Assembly (NCBI GenBank): GCA_022646745.1
Contig: CP060262.1
Location: forward strand, 1,500,001 to 1,532,000
Reading direction: 5' to 3'
Origin: Planctomycetales bacterium
GTDB taxonomy: Bacteria > 4484-113 > JAFGCY01
Length of the DNA: 32,000 nucleotides
Positions 22,754 through 31,464 of this stretch are shown here, in pieces. Numbering within the stretch: position 1 is the first letter of the stretch; each line of letters begins with the position of its first letter. The notes under the pieces were generated by a model. The model was given only the letters and a program-made list of their open reading frames with translations. It did no database searches and was not told the DNA's origin. The position numbers and the translations under genes are program-made.

Positions 22754-22766
22754 AGCCTGAATTATA
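22754..22766 (-). promoter_or_regulatory. -10 hexamer placed for a leaderless mce transcript
   Basis: The minus strand reads TATAAT (22766-22761), then 7 nt (tcaggct), then the ATG at 22753. There is no SD. Confidence 0.4.
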
Positions 22767-22924
22767 TAAGTGCTTTCCGGCCCTGTTAGCTACCGTTCCA
22801 CAGGAGGCTTTGTTTCAATTGGGAACAGGGCCAGTCTCAATTGCGACATCCTGTATTTATCAACATTTTCTGTGGATAAGTGCTCATTTACCCTTAACTT
22901 AAGTCAGCCTTTTTGAGAAAACTG

Positions 22925-22954
22925 TTGATAACCCTGTTAATAATGTGTTAATAT
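22925..22954 (+). promoter_or_regulatory. candidate promoter of the TPR/beta-barrel gene, overlapped by TGTTNATAA repeats
   Basis: TTGATA (22925-22930), an 18-nt spacer, then TGt-TAATAT (extended -10, 22946-22954). Confidence 0.35.
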
Positions 22955-23069
22955 CCGCGTCATACGAGCTCTCACCGTGGCTGAGGAAGGCGGTGCTGCT
23001 TGTAATGGAAGAAGGCTTAAACCGGCCAGCGGGTCGGTTCAGAGGAAGTGCCGCAGGGCGGCTAGAGGC

Positions 23070-26000
23070 ATGATAGGCATACGAGGACGGCATCTGTTGC
23101 TGCTGGTTGTGATCATCCTGGTCATACTGGCGACAGCTGCGTTCGCCCAGGAGGATGCATTCACCCGTGCCGATGCCGCATTCAGCCGCCGTGATTGGGC
23201 AGTGGCTCGCCAGGAGTACGAGCGCATCGTCGAGACCTACCCCGGCACCGCAACAGCCTGGCTGCGCCTCGCACAGATCCACGAGGAACTTGGCAACTGG
23301 AATGACGTGGTTGCCATCTATGAGAAGCTCGTCACGCTTGGCCCCGTCAACCGCGACACCCGCATGGCCTATGGCGATGCGCTGCGCAATGTCGGACGGC
23401 TCGAGGACGCGCTGGCCCAGTACGAACTGGCAGTGCGAGAGGCCCCCGTCACCGAAAGCGTTGACAAGGCCCTCTCCCGCGCCTGTGATGCCTTTGACCG
23501 TGGGGACCTGGAAGCCGCCCAGCAGTCTTACGAGGATGTGACCCGTAACTGGCCGGGGCATCCGACCGCCTGGCTTGGGCTGGCCCGCATCCACTCCCGC
23601 AATGCGGACTGGCAATCAGCCGTCGCAGCCTACGCCCAGCTTGAGTCGCTCGGGCCGCTGGGCAAGGAGATCCGCATGGAGTACGGCGATGCCCTGCGCA
23701 GCGCCGGACGGCTCGAGGAAGGGATCGCCCAGTACAACATGGCCGTCGGCACACCGATGTCGCCGGAATTCCAGCAGACCAAGCGCTACCTGCCTGAGGC
23801 CGTTTCGGTGCAGAGCGTTGACGGCTCCCACCTTGAGGAACAGGACCGGCAGCGCCCGCAGCGCATGCTGATCGTGCCCGGTGAGGAGGAGCGCAGCATT
23901 GAGGCTGCCAACGCTCGCATTGAGAGCCTGATCGGTTCCGGCAGCCAGGCCGCGCCGGCAAGCGGACAGCCCGCCGGAAATGGCAATACAAGTACGGGGC
24001 AGAAGACCTGGCTGGATTTCGATCCGGCCGCTGCCAGTTTCCGCAGTTCCCGCATCGAGGACCTGCCGGGCGAGGACGAGGAAAGCATCATGTCCGCGCT
24101 GCTGCCGCCCAAGCCGGCCGGCGAGCGCATTGACAAGGGCATGCTGCGCCCGGGCGAGAAGCCCGCACCGGCTGGGGATGGGGCTGACTTCCATGAGCCC
24201 TTCCGATCCGACAGCAGCCTGATGCAGGTCAACCTCGCTGAGAGCAAGGTGAATGGCAGCACCGCAGGCACGGGCCAGCCAGCGACGAACATCGCTGACA
24301 ACACCCGGGTGCGCAACACGGCTGAGTTCTTCAAGGGCGCTGAGATCCATGCAATGCAGGCTACCGGCGAAGGAGATGACGATGCTTCCCAGCCCGCCGG
24401 CGGATCGATGGACTGGCTGCGCACCGCGCGCCAGCACTACGATGCCGAGGAATGGTCCGATGCCGTGCTGGCATTCCAGAACTACATCGATGAGGTCGGA
24501 GATGACAACCTCGACACCGGTGTGAGGCTGGAGTACGCCCTGGCACTGCTGGAGGATGGCCAGACTGAACTGGCCGAGGACAACATCTCACTGGTGATGC
24601 ACCAGGAGCCGGAGAACACCGAGGCCAAGATCGCGCTGGCGAAGCTGCTGTCGCGCACCGGCGAGCTGAACGACTCGATGCTGCTGCTGGACCAGCTGCG
24701 CATGGATGAAACCAGCCGCACTGAGGTCCGCCTGGCGCGGATTTACGGCTATTTCCACAACGACTACATCCAGGAAACACTGATGGACCTGGGTGAGCTG
24801 ATCGCCACCAATTCCGCCAATGACGACATCCGCGAGATGGTGGCGCGAGGCGCGCCCTGGACCGAGGTCAAGCCGCTGCTGGAGGCCCGCCCCGGCAACG
24901 AACGGATCATCGAGATGGTGGAGACCGTCAAGGCCCGCCTGCTGGCCGAAATGGACATCGGCGAGGCGGACATTGCCAACATCGCGATGCAGATGTATGA
25001 GAGCGGCCAGTATGACACCGCGCGCACGGACTTCGAGCAGAAGGTTGCCGACGATCCGGAGGACATGCAGAGCTGGCGCGGGCTGGCGGTGCTGACAATG
25101 GTTGCCAAGGACTACAGCGCGAGTATCGAGGCCTGGGAGGCCTACCTCGGCCTGATGCCGGACGATGCGCAGGCCCGCCTGTACTACGCGCAGGCCCTGA
25201 TGAATTGTGACTGCAACGCGGCGCTGTGTGAACTGTGGGCCCTGATTGCGCTTGGCGAGCCGGAGAACCTGGCCGGCCACAAGCTGTATGAATTCCAGTC
25301 CGGCATGAGCAGCATCCCCGAGGATGCGACGGTCGACCAGGCAACCTATGAGGATGCCCTGCTGAACTATGCTGTTGCATTGTCAATCTGCGAGCGCAGC
25401 AAGGAATCGCTCTACTGGTTCCGCCAGGCGATGTACTGGCAGCCTGACAACCTCTACTGGCAGACATACTACGCCGGTGCGCTGAACACGCTTGAGCGCT
25501 ATGACGAGGCGATGGGCATCTACTGCGCCGTGCTGCGCGAGGAGCCGATGTTCGAGCCCGCTATGCTCGGCCGCGGCTACACCTATGCCTCGATGGGCCA
25601 GTACCGTGATGCATTCCGTGAATGGGACAGCATCCCGCTGGACAGCCAGTACTACCTGCCGGGCCGGATCGCCAAGGCCTACGGCCTGCTGTGGAAGGGC
25701 CAGCGCAGCGATGCGATGGCAATGGCCTGCTACGTGATGCGCGACGACCCGGAGAACTGCGAGGTCTGGGACCTTGTGATGGCCATCAAGGAAGTGCCTG
25801 ACGCCACGCTCGATGTGGCCTGGCGCCAGAGCCATGACAGCGAGGACAACGACCTGCGGGCGGTGACGACCACGCTGACCGTGCCGCTTGATGCGCGCGG
25901 CTCGCTGATGGGAATCGTGCATGAGGACTTCAAGGTTGACAACACCGTGGCCGGGCAGGAGAGCGATGGTGAAAGCACCGCACTGAGCTTCGTGCTGCCG

Positions 26001-26696
26001 GTCAACGACCGCCAGCGCTTCCAGGTGCTGGCGCGCTACCTCGACATCGACAACGGTGCCGACGCCCCGGTGGACAACTGGGACTGGTCGGCCTCCTACA
26101 CCGTCGAGATGAATGACAACCGCCAGCTGCGCCTGGCCTATGACAGCCGGATGTTCTACGAGACCCCGGAACTGGCGCGCAACGGCATCGTGATGGATGA
26201 GTACAGCATCGGCGCGACCATGCCGTTCTTCCACGATGAGGAGACGCGCCTGATCGCGAGCTTCGCCTATGGCGACCTGAGCGACGGCAACAGCCGGATC
26301 AACACCGACTGGCGCATCGAGCGCGAACGGAACCACTGGGGCCGCGGCAAGCTGATCTACGGCCTGCACTTCGTCACGCTGGACTACTGCCGTGACGAAA
26401 ATAACGGCTACTGGGACCCGAACAACTACCGCTTCGGCGAGATCTACGCGGACTGGATCGATACCAGCCACAACGACTTCCTCTGGGACTTCGGTGTCGG
26501 TTACGGCTGGGACGATGCGGCGGACCGTTCCCCGGCGGATGTGCTGCGCTACAAGGTCGGGCTGCGGGCCAAGCTGTTCCGTGACCGCCTGACGATGCGA
26601 GCCGGATATTCCAACAGCGAACTGGCCACCCTGGTCACCGATGGTCCGGGTTACCGCTATGAGCTGTGGACCCTCTCCGGGCAGGTCAAATTCTAG
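23070..26696 (+). CDS. TPR-repeat protein with a C-terminal outer-membrane beta-barrel-like domain (PgaA/BcsC-like architecture)
   Basis: Signal peptide from the ATG at 23070: MIGIRGRHLLLLVVIILVILATAAFAQ. The N-terminal TPR unit is internally duplicated (RMAYGDALRNVGRLEDALAQYELAV versus RMEYGDALRSAGRLEEGIAQYNMAV), and many further TPRs follow. The last ~400 aa show alternating beta-strand-like patterning rich in aromatics and Gly/Asp, ending in ...LSGQVKF (terminal Phe). Confidence 0.75.
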   Translation: MIGIRGRHLLLLVVIILVILATAAFAQEDAFTRADAAFSRRDWAVARQEYERIVETYPGTATAWLRLAQIHEELGNWNDVVAIYEKLVTLGPVNRDTRMAYGDALRNVGRLEDALAQYELAVREAPVTESVDKALSRACDAFDRGDLEAAQQSYEDVTRNWPGHPTAWLGLARIHSRNADWQSAVAAYAQLESLGPLGKEIRMEYGDALRSAGRLEEGIAQYNMAVGTPMSPEFQQTKRYLPEAVSVQSVDGSHLEEQDRQRPQRMLIVPGEEERSIEAANARIESLIGSGSQAAPASGQPAGNGNTSTGQKTWLDFDPAAASFRSSRIEDLPGEDEESIMSALLPPKPAGERIDKGMLRPGEKPAPAGDGADFHEPFRSDSSLMQVNLAESKVNGSTAGTGQPATNIADNTRVRNTAEFFKGAEIHAMQATGEGDDDASQPAGGSMDWLRTARQHYDAEEWSDAVLAFQNYIDEVGDDNLDTGVRLEYALALLEDGQTELAEDNISLVMHQEPENTEAKIALAKLLSRTGELNDSMLLLDQLRMDETSRTEVRLARIYGYFHNDYIQETLMDLGELIATNSANDDIREMVARGAPWTEVKPLLEARPGNERIIEMVETVKARLLAEMDIGEADIANIAMQMYESGQYDTARTDFEQKVADDPEDMQSWRGLAVLTMVAKDYSASIEAWEAYLGLMPDDAQARLYYAQALMNCDCNAALCELWALIALGEPENLAGHKLYEFQSGMSSIPEDATVDQATYEDALLNYAVALSICERSKESLYWFRQAMYWQPDNLYWQTYYAGALNTLERYDEAMGIYCAVLREEPMFEPAMLGRGYTYASMGQYRDAFREWDSIPLDSQYYLPGRIAKAYGLLWKGQRSDAMAMACYVMRDDPENCEVWDLVMAIKEVPDATLDVAWRQSHDSEDNDLRAVTTTLTVPLDARGSLMGIVHEDFKVDNTVAGQESDGESTALSFVLPVNDRQRFQVLARYLDIDNGADAPVDNWDWSASYTVEMNDNRQLRLAYDSRMFYETPELARNGIVMDEYSIGATMPFFHDEETRLIASFAYGDLSDGNSRINTDWRIERERNHWGRGKLIYGLHFVTLDYCRDENNGYWDPNNYRFGEIYADWIDTSHNDFLWDFGVGYGWDDAADRSPADVLRYKVGLRAKLFRDRLTMRAGYSNSELATLVTDGPGYRYELWTLSGQVKF

Positions 26697-26787
26697 GTTT
26701 CACCCCTGTTTTCCTGACTGCCGGTTCCATTTAACCTTGATTTAACTGATTTCGCGCACTTGCTGACAGTTTGTGCACTGATCCAAG

Positions 26788-26816
26788 TTGACTCACACAC
26801 CCTATATAACTAGAAT
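26788..26816 (+). promoter_or_regulatory. sigma70-type promoter for the PKD lipoprotein genes
   Basis: TTGACT (26788-26793), a 17-nt spacer, then TAGAAT (26811-26816). A small hairpin, CCGGTC...GACCGG, lies in the leader. Confidence 0.45.
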
Positions 26817-26862
26817 TTAGCATCCGGTCATTATTCGACCGGCTGGCTCAGGGGTGATATTG

Positions 26863-27888
26863 ATGACCAGACACTGGCTGAACTCCCGCGCAGGCGGGTT
26901 ATCTCAGTACATGAGACAGGGCGGAATTGTCCTGCTTGTGTGCGCCTGCTGCCTGATCTTCGGATGCGGCGGTTCCACCACAACCACTCCGGACCAGAAC
27001 GGTGATCCGATCATCGTCGCCTGGCTGGAGACCTTCGGCTCGGACAAGAACCTCGGTGCCACGATCGATGGCTCCGGCAGCTGGTCCACCGAAGGTGCCG
27101 TCACTTACGACTACGACATGGACGGTGATGGCACATATGACGTGCTGGCCGGCGACAGTGTCGAGACCTGGATCTATCCGAAGGCCGGCCAGTACACCGT
27201 GATCCTGCGTGTGACAGATCCGAAGGGCAACTCAGCCACCGACACCGCCAAGGCAACTGCGGTCGATGAGACCGGCGGCAGCGACGGCGGGGATGGCAGC
27301 GGCGATGGCGGCGGGGATCCCGTTGATGAGACGCCGGTGGCCAAGCTCAACATCTACTGGGCTGAGGGTGGCAACGCCTTCCGCACGCTGGATGCCACGA
27401 GCAGCTGGGCCAAGGACGGGGGCAACCTGAGCTACGACTACGACATTGACGGCGACGGGAACTATGAGATCAAGAATGGACAGAAGTCCCTTGTATATGA
27501 GTATCCCAAGCCCGGCGAATACACCACCGTGCTGCGCGTGACCGACAGCAAGGGCAACTCGGCGACGGCTTCCTTCACGGAGACCATCCAGCCGGATGAC
27601 CCGAATGCCTGGGATCCCTCCGACCTTGCACCGGTCGTCAAGCTGCAGGCTTACTGGGCCGAGGGCGGCGATGAGTACCGCACGATCGATGCCCAGAGCA
27701 GCTGGGCCCGCACCGGCGAGGACCTCGTCTACGACTACGACATGAACAACGACGGGACGTTCGAGATCAAGGGCGGTGAGCCCGTGTTCGTCCATCATTT
27801 CCCGGGACCGGGAAGCTACCGCATCTGGCTGAGGGTCACTGACGAAAGTGGCAACTCAGGCACGACCTCCATTGTTGTCGAGGTATAG
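26863..27888 (+). CDS. lipoprotein with three PKD-like repeats
   Basis: Lipobox: LIFGCGGS. There are three repeats of YDYD(M/I)(D/N)GDG(T/N)(Y/F)(D/E)...LRVTD(P/S/E)(K/S)GNS. The start is ambiguous (GTG 26854, ATG 26863 or ATG 26911). Confidence 0.8.
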   Translation: MTRHWLNSRAGGLSQYMRQGGIVLLVCACCLIFGCGGSTTTTPDQNGDPIIVAWLETFGSDKNLGATIDGSGSWSTEGAVTYDYDMDGDGTYDVLAGDSVETWIYPKAGQYTVILRVTDPKGNSATDTAKATAVDETGGSDGGDGSGDGGGDPVDETPVAKLNIYWAEGGNAFRTLDATSSWAKDGGNLSYDYDIDGDGNYEIKNGQKSLVYEYPKPGEYTTVLRVTDSKGNSATASFTETIQPDDPNAWDPSDLAPVVKLQAYWAEGGDEYRTIDAQSSWARTGEDLVYDYDMNNDGTFEIKGGEPVFVHHFPGPGSYRIWLRVTDESGNSGTTSIVVEV

Positions 27889-27891
27889 GAC

Positions 27892-29874
27892 ATGTACAAG
27901 GTTTGGGAAGAGCGAAGTGGAATGAAGGGGCTGCTGGCTGTGATGCTGTTCGGCCTGCTGCTGGCCGCGTCATGCGGCGGTGGCGGATCGACGGCTGTTG
28001 ATGCCGCCAATACCAGCTCCCCCGTCGCCGTGCTGACGGCCAACCCCGGCAGCAGCGGTGCGGCACCGTTCAGGGTCAGCTTCAACGCTGCCAGCTCGCG
28101 CAGCAGCAACGGCACCATTGCCCGCTATGACTGGGACACCAATGGCGACGGCAGCTTCGAGGTGAGTGACGGCAGCGCCACGCTGGACTGGACCTACCAG
28201 GACGGCGGCAGCTACAAGGCCAGCGTCAAGGTGACCGATACCGGTGGCCGCAGCGCCACGGCCACCATGAGCATCTCCGTCTCCGGCGGCACAACGGGTG
28301 GCAATACCACCGGAGGCAACACCACCGGGGGCAATGCCAACCAGAACGCGGCCGGCAGCCCGAATCCGCCGACCGCCCGCCTGACAGCCTCGCCGCGCAC
28401 CGGCCCGGCACCGCTGAAGGTCACGCTGGATGCCAGCGAGAGCTTTGACAGCGATGGCAGCATCGTCGGCTATGAGTTCGACCGCGACGGCGACGGCAGC
28501 TATGACTGGAAGGGCAACAGCCCGACTGTGCAGTTCACCTACCCCGACGTAGGCGACTACACCGTCAAGGTGCGCGTCGAGGACAACGGCGGCAACAAGA
28601 GCGTTGCCAGCATGCAGGTCAGTGCACTGAAGGCCAGCGAACCCGGCCCGGTGACCGGCCCGAACCCCGGTTCCGCCACCACCCCGGTCGCCAGCCTGAC
28701 GGTCACGCCGGCCACCAGCGGTGAGATCCCGTTCTCGGTGAAGTTCGACGCATCCGGCAGCACCGACCCGGACGGCACGATCGAGACATATGAATTCGAT
28801 CCCGACGGCGACGGAACCTACGACTACAGCGGCCCGAGCGCCAAGTATGACTACACCTATGCCACTGCCGGCAACTACGAGGCCCGCGCCCGCGTGATTG
28901 ACAACGACGGCAACAGCTCGCTGCTGACCGTGATCATGCATGCGCTGGCCCCGGGCCAGACCGGCGAGGAGACCCAGGTCGCGCCGACCCTGCGCCTGAC
29001 GGTGCGTCCCGGCACGACCGGCCCGGCCCCCTTCGAGGTCGAGTTCGACGCCTCCGCCAGTGATGATGAGGACGGCACGATCACGAAGTTCCAGTTCGAC
29101 ACCGATGGCGACGGCAGCTACGAGGCCAACGGCACGGCCTCGAAGTTCACCTACACCTATGACACCCCCGGTGACTACACTGCCCGCGTGCGTGCCACGG
29201 ACAATGATGGCAACACGGCGGAAGTGAGCGTGATGATCACCGTCGAGCTGCCCTTTGACCCGAACAACGAGCCGCCGATCGCCCGCCTGGAGCTTGACCC
29301 GGCATTCAACGGCAATGCCCCCTTCGCGGTGCGCCTCGACGGTTCCTCCAGCGAGGACCCGGACGGCAGCATCGTCAAGTATGAGTTCGATGCCAATGGC
29401 GACGGCATGGTGGACTACAGCGGCCCGAACAGCAGCTATGACTACACCTATGCCAGCGCCGGCCAGTACGACGCCTGGATGCGGGTGACAGACAACGGCA
29501 ACCGCTCCAGCATCGCCACCGTGGCGGTCGTGATCAGTGGCAACACCGGTGATCCGAATGACCCCAATGACCCGAATGACCCGCCGGATGACGGCAACTA
29601 CGACCCGATCGCGGTAATGTTCGTCGACCCGGTGTTCGGCAAGGCCCCGCTGACCGTGGAATTCGACGCCGGCCCGAGCCTGGACATTGACGGCACCATC
29701 GTGAAGTACAAGTGGGAGATCGACGGCAAGGGACCCTTCCCGCAGGGACCGCTCGGTGACCCGAAGGTCGTCACCGTGACGTTCACCTCGCCTGGCAACT
29801 ACTGGGCCAAGCTGACCGTGACGGATGACGAGGGCGGCACCGGCAGCCTGAGCATGCTGGTGATCGTCCAGTAA
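27892..29874 (+). CDS. lipoprotein with six PKD domains and low-complexity linkers
   Basis: Lipobox: LLAASCGGGGS. There are six repeats of the type Y(D/E)(W/F)D.(D/N)GDGS(F/Y).....Y...G.Y...V.V.D..G. GAGG lies 8 nt upstream of the ATG at 27892; an alternative ATG is at 27922. Confidence 0.85.
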   Translation: MYKVWEERSGMKGLLAVMLFGLLLAASCGGGGSTAVDAANTSSPVAVLTANPGSSGAAPFRVSFNAASSRSSNGTIARYDWDTNGDGSFEVSDGSATLDWTYQDGGSYKASVKVTDTGGRSATATMSISVSGGTTGGNTTGGNTTGGNANQNAAGSPNPPTARLTASPRTGPAPLKVTLDASESFDSDGSIVGYEFDRDGDGSYDWKGNSPTVQFTYPDVGDYTVKVRVEDNGGNKSVASMQVSALKASEPGPVTGPNPGSATTPVASLTVTPATSGEIPFSVKFDASGSTDPDGTIETYEFDPDGDGTYDYSGPSAKYDYTYATAGNYEARARVIDNDGNSSLLTVIMHALAPGQTGEETQVAPTLRLTVRPGTTGPAPFEVEFDASASDDEDGTITKFQFDTDGDGSYEANGTASKFTYTYDTPGDYTARVRATDNDGNTAEVSVMITVELPFDPNNEPPIARLELDPAFNGNAPFAVRLDGSSSEDPDGSIVKYEFDANGDGMVDYSGPNSSYDYTYASAGQYDAWMRVTDNGNRSSIATVAVVISGNTGDPNDPNDPNDPPDDGNYDPIAVMFVDPVFGKAPLTVEFDAGPSLDIDGTIVKYKWEIDGKGPFPQGPLGDPKVVTVTFTSPGNYWAKLTVTDDEGGTGSLSMLVIVQ

Positions 29875-29894
29875 CACGGACTGACAACGCAGTG

Positions 29895-29943
29895 CAGGCC
29901 GTCTCGCCACATCACCGTGGCGGGGCGGCCTGTTTCCTTTTCC
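29895..29943 (+). terminator. Rho-independent terminator
   Basis: CAGGCCGTCTCGCCAC (29895-29910) / GTGGCGGGGCGGCCTG (29917-29932) form a 16-bp stem with two G-U pairs and a 6-nt loop. The stem is followed by TTTCCTTTTCC. Confidence 0.75.
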
Positions 29944-29951
29944 GGTGCAGA

Positions 29952-29982
29952 TTGACAATCGCTGTGCTGCACGGCTAAACTG
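29952..29982 (+). promoter_or_regulatory. possible promoter of the MBOAT gene
   Basis: A perfect TTGACA at 29952-29957, but only a weak -10 (CTAAAC with a 17-nt spacer, or TAAACT with 19 nt). Confidence 0.3.
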
Positions 29983-30050
29983 GTCGCCGTCCAGCCGGGA
30001 TATGTGGAGGTCGGCAGGCCGGTGCGCCAGGATGCACCGCTGCCCCTGTC

Positions 30051-31463
30051 ATGCAGTTCCAGACCCTGATCTTCGCGGTGTTCTTCGTGCTCGTGCTCAG
30101 CGCGAACTGGCTGCTGCGCCGCCATGACATGCCGCGCAAGCTGTTGTTGGTGCTGGCGAGCTACTACTTCTATTTCCACCTGAGCTTCACCTGGCTGATG
30201 CCGTCGATCCTCGCGGGCTCCTCGTTGCTGAACTACTTCTGCGGTGAGGGTATCTTCAAGGCCCGCGAAGCCGGCAACAAGGGCGCACAGCGCGCCTGGT
30301 TCAGGCTCGGCATCTGGGGCAACCTGCTGACGCTTGGCGTCTTCAAGTACTACGGCTTCTTCCAGGAGAACGTGGAGAACGTGCTGGGCAACTTCGGGAT
30401 GAGCTCGCACCTGCCGATCCTCGAGATCATGCTGCCTGTGGGCCTGTCCTTCTACACCTTCCAGGGCTTGAGCTACATCATGGACCTCAACCGCGGTAAG
30501 GGCGTGCGTGCCAACACCGTGGTGGACTTCCTGCTGTACATCTCCTTCTTCCCGCAGCTGCTGTCCGGCCCGATCTGCCGTCCGAAGGAACTGCTGCCGC
30601 AGCTGCATGAGGGCCTGCCGCAAAGCATCCCGGAGCCGAGCCGGGCAGTCTCGCTGATCCTCTCCGGCCTGTTCAAGAACGTGGTGCTCAGCCACTACCT
30701 CTACATGCACATCGTCGGGGACGTGTTCCTTGACCCGTCTGACTACTCGGCAGCGTCGCTGTGGGTCGGGATGTTCGCCTATGCCCTGTATATATATGTG
30801 GACTTCAGCGGCTACACCGACCTCGCCGTCGGCCTTTCGCTGCTGATGGGCGTCAGCATCCCGCACAACTTCAATCATCCCTACCTGGCAAGTGATGTCT
30901 CCAACTTCTGGGGCCGCTGGCACATGACCCTGTCGCGCTGGATCAACGACTACCTCTTCGTGGCACTCGGCGGGCGCGACATCAACAAGCGCTGGACCGC
31001 CCTGTTCTGGGCCTGGGTGCTGTGTGGCCTGTGGCATGGCGCCGCCTGGAACTACATCCTGTGGGGTGCCTATTTCGCCATCGCACTGCTGATCCACCAC
31101 TACCTGCGCAGCGGCATCAAGAAGAAATGGAAGGGCGGCGTGGCCGGCCAGATCGGCACCTTCATCGTGGTCTGCTTCGGCTGGGTGATCTTCGCCTCGC
31201 CGGACCTCGAGACTCTGTGGGCCTATCTCACCGGCCTGTGGCGCTTCAGCGCTCCCGGTGAGGGCTTCGAGGCCTTCGTGCTCGTGGTGCTGGTCCTCGG
31301 TGCCTTCATGCACATCTTCGGCGAACGCATTCGCAATGGCTTCATCCGCCTGCACGACGGAATGCCACCGCTGTTGCGGCCCGTCGCCTGGCTTGCGATC
31401 GGGCTTGTAATCCTCGCCCTCAAGCCCAGCGGTATGTCGCCCAACCTCTACTTCGGATTCTGA
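30051..31463 (+). CDS. MBOAT-family membrane O-acyltransferase (AlgI/DltB/PatA-like)
   Basis: A polytopic protein of 470 aa. It carries the family signature FWGRWHMTLSRWINDYLF, which includes the catalytic His context. N-terminus: MQFQTLIFAVFFVLVL. Confidence 0.9.
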   Translation: MQFQTLIFAVFFVLVLSANWLLRRHDMPRKLLLVLASYYFYFHLSFTWLMPSILAGSSLLNYFCGEGIFKAREAGNKGAQRAWFRLGIWGNLLTLGVFKYYGFFQENVENVLGNFGMSSHLPILEIMLPVGLSFYTFQGLSYIMDLNRGKGVRANTVVDFLLYISFFPQLLSGPICRPKELLPQLHEGLPQSIPEPSRAVSLILSGLFKNVVLSHYLYMHIVGDVFLDPSDYSAASLWVGMFAYALYIYVDFSGYTDLAVGLSLLMGVSIPHNFNHPYLASDVSNFWGRWHMTLSRWINDYLFVALGGRDINKRWTALFWAWVLCGLWHGAAWNYILWGAYFAIALLIHHYLRSGIKKKWKGGVAGQIGTFIVVCFGWVIFASPDLETLWAYLTGLWRFSAPGEGFEAFVLVVLVLGAFMHIFGERIRNGFIRLHDGMPPLLRPVAWLAIGLVILALKPSGMSPNLYFGF

Positions 31464-31464
31464 T

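Noticed and set aside
27970-29958. Very long antisense or shadow ORFs in the track, for example 27970-29958(-) 662 aa, 29799-31493(-) 564 aa, 8126-9367(-) 413 aa, 2767-3933(-) 388 aa, 25383-26471(-) 362 aa, 18506-19564(+) 352 aa and 7365-8387(-) 340 aa. The many + strand ORFs across the GNAT array (12089-18436) belong to the same class.
   Set aside because: Each lies opposite a gene with clear family motifs. Their translations are Arg/Ala/Gly/Pro/His-rich low-complexity strings, which are typical of stop-poor alternative frames in GC-rich DNA. None has a plausible RBS or a recognisable motif.
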